From NCBI GenBank assembly GCA_963806035.1, contig CAWDWO010000037.1:1-64000 (forward strand): a DNA stretch of 64,000 nt, written 5' to 3'. A program made the translations under genes and the position numbers. Source of the stretch: Candidatus Krumholzibacteriota bacterium. GTDB lineage: Bacteria > Krumholzibacteriota > Krumholzibacteriia > JAJRXK01. Each line of letters opens with the position of its first letter. Position 1 is the first letter of the stretch. The notes under the pieces were generated by a model. The model searched no databases. It saw nothing but the letters and a program-made list of their open reading frames with translations, and was not told the DNA's origin. Shown in pieces: positions 10,601 through 18,462 of this stretch.

Positions 10601-11165
10601 GGAGGAACTCGGTGCTCCCGCGTCGGTGCGCGAGGACCTGGCCAGCATGTATTTCAGGGTGCGTGCTGGGATCGGCTACGAGAAGTCCGTCGATGAATAC
10701 GGGGCCTTCCCCACCGATCCCTACTCGCATACTCCGGCCAGTGGCGGAGCGAAGCAGCCGGGGATGACCGGACAGGTCAAGGAGGAGATCCTCACCCGGC
10801 GCGGCGAGCTGGGCGTGGAGGTCCAGGAGGGCTGCCTGCGTTTTGCGCCGCGGCTTCTGAGCCAGGCGGAACTCCTCGATGAGCCCGAGGCCTTCCGCTA
10901 TTTCGACCTGGCCGGAGATGAACAGACCCTCGCCTTGTCGAAGGGCAGCCTGGTGTTCACCTTGTGTCAGGTACCGGTCGTCTTTCGGCTCGCGACTGAA
11001 GAGCCCCGCATGCAGCTCGAGTTCGCGGATGGAAGTTCGAAATGCGTGCCAGGGGATACCCTCTCGTCCGACCTGAGCAGCGAACTCTTCTCGCGCAGCG
11101 GGCGCATCACGAAGATCACGGTGGAACTCGCAAAAGGCACCTTCAGCTCGAACAAGCGGAGATGA
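7659..11165 (+). CDS. GH149-type beta-1,3-glucan phosphorylase
   Basis: About 1170 aa, no signal peptide; motifs RRHGDPSRPWN, YQGNWRDIFQNWEAL, GYWGDHQIIY, TQRPEWNDANN, YEGLGCIYWHM and FPTDPYSHTP recalled as typical of GH149; GH16/GH17 context. Confidence 0.8.
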   Translation: MSMKTKSNPTPAVSPGEILQDSPHGEFVRLDGEMYYRIAAYERLDPFLMSVPSNTDLWMFIASGGGLTAGRIDADGSLFPYRTVDQLHDAHHHTGPLSSILLEGDKGRYLRWDPFVGDVTQNAAIERNLYKNTLGNRLVFEEIHHELGLAFRYRWSACDEFGWVRSVTLENRSERPAQMTVLDGLRNVLPYGAPLALYQQASNLVDAYKRTEVDRETGLAIFSLTSCITDRAEALEMLKANTVWCCGLQRFKVHLSLDVVKDFEAHRVLGEDRVLSGARGNYLVSAPLELKPGERARWHIVGDTGSDQVRIAALRRKLLEEDGLSELVEERLREAEEDLRRNVGSADGLQLSAHPESWVHHFANVLFNNMRGGVFLNNYSVPIRDFQNFLRVRNREVAKRRASTLESLSNFSEIEEIQAVARASHDRNFERLSYEYLPLYFGRRHGDPSRPWNSFSIRTKNEAGEEILNYQGNWRDIFQNWEALGASFPGFLPSMVAKFVNASTVDGFNPYRITRDGVDWEIAEADDPWSNIGYWGDHQIIYLLKLLESLDRHQPEALGKLLGQEIFSYAEVPYRIRPYEQILKNPRQTIDFDHALEERIEQRVKRLGTDGKLLPAADGSTYHANLFEKLLVPALSKLSNFILDAGIWMNTQRPEWNDANNVLGGGGVSVVTLCHLRRYLAFIGERFERMKQAEFPVAGEIIDWLDGVEVTLREEQERLSGDELSAGDRKRMMDALGSIFSRYRAEVYANGFSKKRPLEASRAAALCRLALGLIDRAIDANRREDGLYHTYNLLEIDEVQGTAEVIHLQVMLEGQVAALSSGHLAPVEALEILQRLFTSPLYRAKERSFQLYPERELAGFMAKNVVPRERVRDIPLLVELLARGNRSILARDVEGMFRFHGEFKSAVDLDAALKALAEHEEWAAGVRRDGQRVLDLFEEVFAHKSYTGRSGVMFGYEGLGCIYWHMVAKLLLAVQENFLRAEELGAPASVREDLASMYFRVRAGIGYEKSVDEYGAFPTDPYSHTPASGGAKQPGMTGQVKEEILTRRGELGVEVQEGCLRFAPRLLSQAELLDEPEAFRYFDLAGDEQTLALSKGSLVFTLCQVPVVFRLATEEPRMQLEFADGSSKCVPGDTLSSDLSSELFSRSGRITKITVELAKGTFSSNKRR

Positions 11166-12781
11166 CGATGCACCTGAATAAGCTCAACTACGCGCTGGCA
11201 GTTCTCGTTTGTCTGAGCGCGATCTCTTTCGGCCAAGCGCGAGCGCAGTGCATTCTCGCCAACCCCAGCTTCGAGTTGTCCGGATCGGGGGGCCATACCT
11301 TCGGCGGCTGGAACCAGTTCGGCGTGGTGGGTTCGGTAAACGTGGCATCGCACGGCTCCAAGGCCGCGCGGGTCTCGGGTCCCAACTACGGAGGGTGGGA
11401 CGTGTCCGCTTACTGGCAGAGCCAGGATTGCGCCGTCGGCGAGCAGTGGCGGGTCACCGGGCACGTCCTGGTGCCTTCCAGCAAGCCCCTCGTGGGAAGC
11501 TGCGTCGCCCTGGTGAACGTCGAGTGGCGCGATTCGGGGGGCAATTTGATCGATTATGATTCCTTCACCGTGGCCGATGCCGGCTCTCCGACCGATACCT
11601 ACCTGGATTTCGATGTGACGAGCGGTCCGGCGCCTTCGGGCACGGTGTCCACCCGTCTGTTGTTGGGGGTCCTGCAGAGTCCCAGTGATCCCAGCCCGGA
11701 TGTCTACTACGACCAGGTCACCTTCTACTCGACCTCCTATCCGACGATCGACGACGTGCAGTGGAACGATTTTCCCGGCGGAAGAACGGTGGAGTTCGGC
11801 GGATATACCTGGCGGGTCAAGGGCCCGGGATTCTACGGTCCCGGCGCCAATCTCTTTTGCGACTCGTCCGACTGCGTCTGGATGGATGCGAGCGATCAAC
11901 TCCATCTCACGCTCAAGAACCGCAGCGGTTCCTGGTACAGCACCGAGGTCGTGAACGAACAGGCCTTGGGCTACGGGGACTACATCCTGACCACGGTGGG
12001 GCGTTTGGATCTGATCGATCCACAGGCCGTGCTGGGGATTTTCCTGTGGCAGTACGGTCCCTGCTGGGATGAGGGCTATCTGTGGTGGAATCCTTTCAAC
12101 GAAATCGACATCGAATACAGCCGCTGGCAGAACCCCGCAGCCGACATCGCCCAGTTCGTCGCGCAGCCTTTCGACTATCCCGGCAACATCACGCGCTTCG
12201 ACGCCAGCTTCACGGCAAATGAGGTGACCAGTCATGCGATGCGCTGGTTGCCCGACCGCGTGGAGTACCGCGTATGGCGCGGCGGACCCCAGGATGAATC
12301 GCCGGCGAACATGATCGCCTCGTGGACCTATTCGGGGCCGCACATTCCGCGCCCGGAGCAGCCTCGTATGCATTTGAACCTGTGGAGAATCGACGGCACG
12401 CCGGCCTCGAACCAGGAAGTGATCTTCCAGGATTTCACTTTCATTCCCGAAGGTGGCGCCACCGCGGTGGAGGAGGGGAGCCCCCGTTCGATTCCCTCGC
12501 ACGCGGCAGCTCGTCTCTATCCCGCGGTTCCCAATCCTTTCAATCCCCAAACCACCCTGCGCTTCGAGCTGGCAAAGGCGGGGCTGGTACAGCTGCAGGT
12601 CTTCGACCGCAGCGGCCGCCACGTGCGGACTCTGGAAAATCGCTCCCTCGCGGCGGGTGCGCACTGGGCCGTGTGGAACGGGAAGGACGATCAGGGTAGG
12701 GCGGTGGCTTCGGGGGTGTACTTCCTGCGTTTGAGCGGTGAGGGCTTTCAGGAGAGCCAGAGGGTGGCGCTGGTGAAGTAG
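11162..12781 (+). CDS. Secreted GH16 endo-beta-1,3-glucanase-like protein with N-terminal CBM-like domain and FlgD-Ig tail
   Basis: Signal peptide; ILANPSFE CBM4/9-like start; EIDIE catalytic motif; PNPFNPQT tail; ATGA overlap with the upstream gene. Confidence 0.85.
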   Translation: MTMHLNKLNYALAVLVCLSAISFGQARAQCILANPSFELSGSGGHTFGGWNQFGVVGSVNVASHGSKAARVSGPNYGGWDVSAYWQSQDCAVGEQWRVTGHVLVPSSKPLVGSCVALVNVEWRDSGGNLIDYDSFTVADAGSPTDTYLDFDVTSGPAPSGTVSTRLLLGVLQSPSDPSPDVYYDQVTFYSTSYPTIDDVQWNDFPGGRTVEFGGYTWRVKGPGFYGPGANLFCDSSDCVWMDASDQLHLTLKNRSGSWYSTEVVNEQALGYGDYILTTVGRLDLIDPQAVLGIFLWQYGPCWDEGYLWWNPFNEIDIEYSRWQNPAADIAQFVAQPFDYPGNITRFDASFTANEVTSHAMRWLPDRVEYRVWRGGPQDESPANMIASWTYSGPHIPRPEQPRMHLNLWRIDGTPASNQEVIFQDFTFIPEGGATAVEEGSPRSIPSHAAARLYPAVPNPFNPQTTLRFELAKAGLVQLQVFDRSGRHVRTLENRSLAAGAHWAVWNGKDDQGRAVASGVYFLRLSGEGFQESQRVALVK

Positions 12782-12786
12782 CTAAA

Positions 12787-14046
12787 GGTTCTGTCTCCGA
12801 AATTGTTCCTGGCCCGGATGCTGCGTGACGGGGTGGTATGGCCACGGACCCGACACGCAGGCCGGGTTGGGGGCCTCCCCACTGTCCCAATTCCAGCTGC
12901 AAGTACCACAAGGACTTGCCCGACACCGCGCCCCGCTGGCGCTATGTCCGTAAGGGTTTCTATACGCGCCCCTCGGACCAAAGACGTGTCCAACGTTTCC
13001 AGTGCCGGACATGTGGTGTCAACTTTTCCAGCCAGACCTTCTCTTTGAGCTACTGGCAGAAGCGTCCCGAACTCACCAATAAGATCTTTCTGCTGAGCCT
13101 GGGCTGCATGGCCACTCGCCAGATCGCCCGCACCCTGAAGGCCAGTCCGCAGACCATCTCCGAACACATCGCCCGACTCGCCCGTCATGCCATGCTGTGG
13201 CAGACACATCGGTTGCAGGGAGTGAAGGCACGCGGTCCAGTGGTGATCGACGGACTGCGTAGCTTCGAGTACAGCCAGTACCATCCCATCGAGCATCACG
13301 TGGCGGTCGAAAAGGACACGAGCTTCGTGCTCTATCACACCGAAAGCGAGCTGCGCCGCAGTGGGAGAATGACCGCTTATCAGCGTAGGAAGCGGCAGAG
13401 AGATCGAGGAATCGCATCGGCCGGCCGGATCCCCAGGCCACCCGCAAGGACGTCCAGGAGCTGCTGGCGGTATCCCTCGAGGGACTGAACCGAGCCATCG
13501 TGCACAGCGACGAGCATCGTGCTTACGTGCAGGCAATCCGCAAGCTAGCGCCGAGCGTCACTCACCGCGTGACGAACTCGAAGAAGCGGCGCAGCCAGCA
13601 CAATCCACTTTACGAAATCAATTTGCTGGATCTGTGGATTCGTCATGCACAGAGCAACCACAAACGCGAGACGATCGCGGCCTCCAAGCGCCGCCAGGCC
13701 AGCGCGGAGAAACTCACGCTCTTGCAAGTATGGAAGAACTACATCCAGAGGCGACGGGTGAACGGACCGCCAGAGACTCCGGCGATGCTGAAGGGGCTGA
13801 TCGATCGCCCTCTCTCGTTTGGGGAGATCTTTCGCAGACGGCTGTTTCCGGGGCGGATCAAACTCCCTGCACGCTGGCAGCTCTACTATCGGCGGGCGGT
13901 GTCCACGCGCGAGTACCCGCACAACCAGGCGCATCGGCTGAAGTACGCGTTTTGAGGGGAGAGGGGCCACAAGCCGCGTCGTTTTCTGCATCTGCAATCC
14001 CAGCAGGAACTACGTCACAGCCAGGAACAATTTCGGAGACAGAACC
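12787..14046 (+). mobile_element. Insertion sequence, 1260 bp, IS1/IS1595/IS6-like
   Basis: Perfect 27-bp terminal inverted repeats GGTTCTGTCTCCGAAATTGTTCCTGGC (12787-12813 and 14020-14046) enclosing a transposase. Confidence 0.9.
12838..13955 (+). CDS. Transposase (Zn ribbon, HTH, DD-E/N core), frameshifted near 13400-13420
   Basis: CPNSSC...QRFQCRTC Zn ribbon; RQIARTLKAS HTH; VVIDG and HSDEHRAY; the second frame IGRPDPQATRKDV... continues to 13955. Confidence 0.85.
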
Positions 14047-14051
14047 GAAAT

Positions 14052-14084
14052 GAAGAGGGGTCCGGAGATTCCGGACCCCTCTTC
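14052..14084. terminator. Bidirectional hairpin terminator between convergent genes
   Basis: GAAGAGGGGTCCGGA-GAT-TCCGGACCCCTCTTC, a perfect 15-bp stem. Confidence 0.8.
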
Positions 14085-14115
14085 TTCGCTGGAAACTCGA
14101 TTCCAGATTTCAGAA

Positions 14116-14850
14116 CTACTGATACAGCGACTTGACCTTGCCCCAGCTAGAAGTCTGCGCCGGGATTGCGCCGTCCATGTAGAAGCTCAGGTTGTCATAG
14201 AAGGTCCCTGAGGCGGTGTAGTTCGTGGCGCGGTTCGAGAAACCGAACTGCAGAATCTGACCGGCCAGAGCCGGGTCGATCATGATCGAAAGAGCGTAAT
14301 CGCCCCAGGTGCTGGGAATGTTGGTCATGTCGACCGTGATGTAATTCGTGGTCGCATAGCCGTTGCCCGGATCCAGGGTCTTGATGAAGGCCAGTGCCGT
14401 CGAGGGTGCCACCAGGTCACCGTGCTTGGCCTGGAAAGTGAAGTACCAGGTTTGGCCGACGTCGCCGACACCGATTGTCTGCTCCTGGAACACGTTGGAT
14501 TCCACGATGTTTCCCGCGCTGTGCGCGGCACTGTTGTTGTAGTCGCTGAAGGCGACCAGTTGTTGGTTACCCTGGGCAGCGCCACCCTCGCCGGCTGCGA
14601 TGGTGCAGAAGGCGTAGGGGGGACCGCTGTTGGGAGCGGGATAGGTTCCGTATCCGCCGAGCCAGGTCGCGCCGTCAGGAGCGAAGACGGTGCCGTAAAC
14701 CACGAAGCCGGCTGACGCCAGCGCGCCGGGATCGGTCTGACCCAGGCTCTCGAAATCTTGGCTGTAGCCTGTCAGCTGAGCGCTTGCCAGCACCGGCATC
14801 AGGCAGATCAGCAACACGGCCGCAAAAACAGCAGTAGCTCGATTGATCAT
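14116..14850 (-). CDS. Secreted protein of unknown function with C-terminal SWGxVKxLY motif
   Basis: Signal peptide ending ASA; core shared with 6663-7640 (ESNVFQEQ, STALAFIKT, LQFG); ends AQTSSWGKVKSLYQ. Confidence 0.8.
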   Translation of the reverse strand: MINRATAVFAAVLLICLMPVLASAQLTGYSQDFESLGQTDPGALASAGFVVYGTVFAPDGATWLGGYGTYPAPNSGPPYAFCTIAAGEGGAAQGNQQLVAFSDYNNSAAHSAGNIVESNVFQEQTIGVGDVGQTWYFTFQAKHGDLVAPSTALAFIKTLDPGNGYATTNYITVDMTNIPSTWGDYALSIMIDPALAGQILQFGFSNRATNYTASGTFYDNLSFYMDGAIPAQTSSWGKVKSLYQ

Positions 14851-14964
14851 CTCGGTTTCCTCTCGTTAATGAGATCCTGTTTTCTTGCTACCGAAAGGCA
14901 CTTGGAATCGGCGCAGTCTCGCCGCAGCGGCAGTAGTGGCTGATTCCCATACCCCAAGTCTATA

Positions 14965-14987
14965 CTATGTTCGGTTACCGAATCAAG
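14965..14987. promoter_or_regulatory. Palindromic operator 2 (putative ROK site) CTATGTTCGGTTACCGAATCAAG
   Basis: Imperfect copy of the same 23-bp palindrome upstream of the 14850 gene; overlaps a minus-strand TTGATT-N18-TAGACT promoter candidate. Confidence 0.7.
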
Positions 14988-15038
14988 TCGAAGATTGACC
15001 CGGAGCAGCAAAATCACGCAAACTGGCCCAAAATTCTG

Positions 15039-15086
15039 TTGACCGGCCCGCGGGTGAGGGATACTTTGTTCGTATGTCGAACAAAG
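15039..15086 (+). promoter_or_regulatory. Sigma-70 promoter (TTGACC-N17-TACTTT) overlapping operator 3, CTTTGTTCGTATGTCGAACAAAG (15064-15086)
   Basis: Perfect 9-5-9 inverted repeat overlapping the -10 element, upstream of the MFS gene. Confidence 0.8.
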
Positions 15087-15142
15087 AAGCGGCTTCCCAA
15101 GCCTAGCCTCGGCAAGCCCAAGTTCCCCAACGAGATGGCGCC

Positions 15143-16615
15143 ATGAACCCAGCCGTGCACGCCAAGACAGCTCCGGAGGACCGGGTCCCCTTCCTGCAGC
15201 GACTGGCCTACGGCTCAGGTGCCTTCGTCAACAACCTGCTGGCCGCGGCCAGCGGCGGCATGATGATCGTGTTGAATCTGGGCTTGGGGATGAATCCCGG
15301 CCTGGTCGGCCTGCTGGGGGCTCTGCCCCGTCTCACCGACGCCTTTACCGATCCCCTCATGGGATACATTTCGGACAACACCCACACCCGCTGGGGACGG
15401 CGGCGCCCCTACATCTTCAGCGGCGCCATCGCGGCGGGGGTGATCTTCGCCCTCCTCTGGCAGTTGCCGCGGGGACAGAGCGAGACCTTCTACTTCGTTT
15501 TCTTCCTCGTCGGTTCGATTCTCTTCTACGCCGGCTACACGGTCTTCGCCACCCCCTGGGTCGCTCTGGGCTACGAGCTCACGCCGGACTACAACGAGCG
15601 CACGCGCCTCATGGGAACCCAGAATTTCATCGGTCAGCTCGCGTACGTCGTCTCGCCCTGGTTTCTGTGGATCATGAACTCCGGCAAGTTCTTCCCGGAT
15701 CAGGTCTCCGGAGCGGCCGGACTGGCCATCATCGTCGCCGTGGTTGCCATCGGCTTGGGAATTCTGCCGGCGATCTTTCTGCGGGAACGCATGAAGCAGG
15801 TGGCGGCGGAGGAAATGGATCTCAAGTCGGTGCCCGGAGCCAGCGGTCTCCTGCACAACATCACGGAATTTTTGAAAGGTTCGAAGGTCACGCTTTCCAA
15901 CGGGCCCTTCCTCAAGTTGTGTATGGCTACCTTTCTCGTCTTCAACGGTTTCATGCTCATCGCCTCCTTTCAGTATTACGTGATCATCTACTACGTCTGC
16001 GGTGGTGACCAAACCGCGGGAGCCAAGTACGCCGGCCTGGCCGGTACGGTGGGCGCGGTGTGCACTTTCGCCGTGGTGGCATTCGTCACCTGGCTCGGCA
16101 CGCGGATCGGGAAGCGGCGCACCTTCTTCGTCGCCATCGGAGTCTCGATCATCGGGTACGGTCTGAAATGGGTCTGCTACAACCCCCAGATGCCTCTTCT
16201 GGTGGTCCTCCCCGCGCCCCTGATGGCCTTCGGCCTGGGCGGGCTGTTCACGCTGGTTCCCTCCATGATCGCCGACGTGGTCGACACCGATGAGCTCAAG
16301 ACCCACGAACGACGCGAAGGGATGTTCGGCTCCATCTTCTGGTGGATGGTGAAGCTGGGCATGGCCGCGGCGCTGGCGGGCGGTGGCTACCTCCTGAACG
16401 CCACCGGTTTCAACGTCGATCTGGGGGGAAATCAGGCCGCGCGATCCATCATTCTCCTGAGGCTGTGCGACGCGGGAATCCCCATGCTGACTTCGGCCCT
16501 GGCAATCTGGGCCGTGTCACGCTTCCCCATCTCCGAGGAAAAGGCCCTGCAGGTGCGTCAGGAGTTGGAGCGGCGCCGGGGACGCGCGCCGGTGGTCGAG
16601 GCTCTGAAGGGATAA
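15143..16615 (+). CDS. GPH / MelB-like MFS sugar-glycoside symporter
   Basis: DAFTDPLMGYISDNTHTRWGRRRPY, ELTPDYNERT and SMIADVVD...RREG motifs; about 12 hydrophobic segments. Confidence 0.92.
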   Translation: MNPAVHAKTAPEDRVPFLQRLAYGSGAFVNNLLAAASGGMMIVLNLGLGMNPGLVGLLGALPRLTDAFTDPLMGYISDNTHTRWGRRRPYIFSGAIAAGVIFALLWQLPRGQSETFYFVFFLVGSILFYAGYTVFATPWVALGYELTPDYNERTRLMGTQNFIGQLAYVVSPWFLWIMNSGKFFPDQVSGAAGLAIIVAVVAIGLGILPAIFLRERMKQVAAEEMDLKSVPGASGLLHNITEFLKGSKVTLSNGPFLKLCMATFLVFNGFMLIASFQYYVIIYYVCGGDQTAGAKYAGLAGTVGAVCTFAVVAFVTWLGTRIGKRRTFFVAIGVSIIGYGLKWVCYNPQMPLLVVLPAPLMAFGLGGLFTLVPSMIADVVDTDELKTHERREGMFGSIFWWMVKLGMAAALAGGGYLLNATGFNVDLGGNQAARSIILLRLCDAGIPMLTSALAIWAVSRFPISEEKALQVRQELERRRGRAPVVEALKG

Positions 16616-16619
16616 GATC

Positions 16620-17615
16620 ATGCAGGTACGCGGCGCAGTGCTTATCCTGATTTTGGTTCTCCTTGCTGCCATTCCCGTCGAGGCTTCCGCCCACGGAGCC
16701 AACGGTGATCCAGTTCCCCAAGGAGAGGGGCCGTCATCCATGCGCCCGCTTCAGATGAAGCTCGACTCCAAGTGGATCGGCAACGCGATCTGCTATAGCC
16801 CGTATCGCGATGGGCAGAACCCCGACGGCGCTTCTCCCAGCTCCGCGCAGCTTCGCGAGGATTTGCAGCTGATGCTGCCTCACTGGAATCTGCTACGCAC
16901 CTACGGATCCTCGGGCTATGTCGAGCCGCTTCTTTCGATCATCCGAGAGCAGCACCTGCCCATGCAGGTCATGCTGGGGGTGTGGATCAGCCCGAAGGAC
17001 TCCACGGCGAACCAGCGGGAGATCGACGAGTCAATTCGTCTGGCCAATGCCTTTCCCGGGATCGTCATCGCGGTGTGCGTGGGGAACGAAACGCGCGTTT
17101 CGTGGTCGGACCACCGGCTGCCGGAGGAGGTTCTCATCGATTCGATTCGCCGGGTGAGGGAGGCGGTCGCAGTTCCGGTGAGCACCGCCGACGATTTCAA
17201 GTACTGGAACCAGGAGGAGAGCCGGACGGTGGCGGCGGAGATCGATTTCCTCACGATGCACGCGCATCCTCTGTGGAATGGCATTCAACTCGAGGATGCC
17301 CTTCCGTGGCTGGAGCGCCAAGTGGAGGCGGTCCAGGCGATGCATCCCGAGAGCGTGATCGTGCTCGGGGAGACGGGTTGGGCCACCGACCATTCCCGAG
17401 AAGGCGAGCAGGGCCAGCTGATCAAGGGTAAGACCGGCGTAGCCGAACAGAAGCAGTTCTATGAGGCCGAGCGCGACTGGGCCAAGGCCAAGAGCATCCC
17501 GAGCTTCATTTTCGAGGCCTTCGACGAGAACTGGAAGGGCGGCGACGATCCCAAGGAAGTGGAGAAGCACTGGGGGCTCTTCCGCGCGGACCGCACGCCA
17601 AAGAGCGAATTTTAG
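16620..17615 (+). CDS. Secreted GH17 beta-1,3-glucanase / glucosyltransferase
   Basis: Signal peptide; ICYSPYRDGQ, LRTY, VGNE, GETGW and FEAFDENWK...EKHWG motifs. Confidence 0.9.
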   Translation: MQVRGAVLILILVLLAAIPVEASAHGANGDPVPQGEGPSSMRPLQMKLDSKWIGNAICYSPYRDGQNPDGASPSSAQLREDLQLMLPHWNLLRTYGSSGYVEPLLSIIREQHLPMQVMLGVWISPKDSTANQREIDESIRLANAFPGIVIAVCVGNETRVSWSDHRLPEEVLIDSIRRVREAVAVPVSTADDFKYWNQEESRTVAAEIDFLTMHAHPLWNGIQLEDALPWLERQVEAVQAMHPESVIVLGETGWATDHSREGEQGQLIKGKTGVAEQKQFYEAERDWAKAKSIPSFIFEAFDENWKGGDDPKEVEKHWGLFRADRTPKSEF

Positions 17616-17904
17616 ATCCATCCAGGACCGCAACGCCCCTCCCCGGACAGATACTCCCTCCTCAAGCGCGAAAACGCGCGCCGCGACCCTTGAGGGTGGA
17701 TACTTAGTATCGATAGTAGTTTTCGCGAAATTTTGGTCGTATTTTCCTAACTAGTTCTAGAACTCATTGTCGATGATGGAGTTGACAGATCCTCTGGGAT
17801 CCTTTATTCCTTACTCTTCAAAGTACTTAAGCCCTTCGCGCCCTCGTGTGGCCCTTGGTCAGGGGTGCGAGTGAGCGGGCCCCTCCCTTCGAGAGAGCCG
17901 TCAG

Positions 17905-18462
17905 ATGCTGGACCTGAATCTGGAGGATCGGATCGTCGCGGCTCTGCGTCAGATCATGCGCGCGGTGGATCTGCACTCGCGCCGGCTGGTGGAGGTCTGT
18001 GGACTGACCGGCCCCCAGTTGGCGGTTCTGCAGGAAGCCAGGCGTCTGGGGCCGGTTTCGGCCACCACCCTGGCCCGTGCCGTCCACCTCAGCCTGCCCA
18101 CCCTGGTGGGAATTTTGGGTCGGCTTGAATCGCGCGGCCTCGTGCGGCGTTCACTCGATGCCTCGGATCGCCGCTCGAAGAGCGTCAACATCACCGATGC
18201 CGGACGCGACACGCTCGAGAAGGCGCCCTCACTCCTGCAAGATCGTTTCCGCGCCGAGCTGGGGCGTCTCGAGGAGTGGGAACGGTATCTGATGCTCAGC
18301 AATCTTCAGCGGATCGCCACCATCATGGGGGCGGAGAGCCTGGAGGCGGCTCCCCACCTGGTAGCGGACGGGCGCAGTCTCGATGCCGCTGCACACAGTG
18401 GGGAGGCTCCAGGCAACGCGATGCCACTCGACCGGGGCTTCAATTCGGAAAGAAGTAAGTGA
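17905..18462 (+). CDS. MarR-family regulator (EctR-like)
   Basis: IVAALRQIMRAVDLHSRRL, GLTGPQL, RLESRGLVRR..DRR winged HTH, APSLLQDRF. Confidence 0.88.
   Translation: MLDLNLEDRIVAALRQIMRAVDLHSRRLVEVCGLTGPQLAVLQEARRLGPVSATTLARAVHLSLPTLVGILGRLESRGLVRRSLDASDRRSKSVNITDAGRDTLEKAPSLLQDRFRAELGRLEEWERYLMLSNLQRIATIMGAESLEAAPHLVADGRSLDAAAHSGEAPGNAMPLDRGFNSERSK

Noticed and set aside
7290..12664. Long antisense ORFs (483, 644 and 565 aa) and similar ones elsewhere
   Set aside because: They are shadow frames of well-supported genes in high-GC DNA and have no recognisable motifs.
13380..13430. Programmed -1 frameshift in the transposase, as in IS1
   Set aside because: There is no A6C-type slippery site, two shifts seem to be needed, and indels are common in this window.
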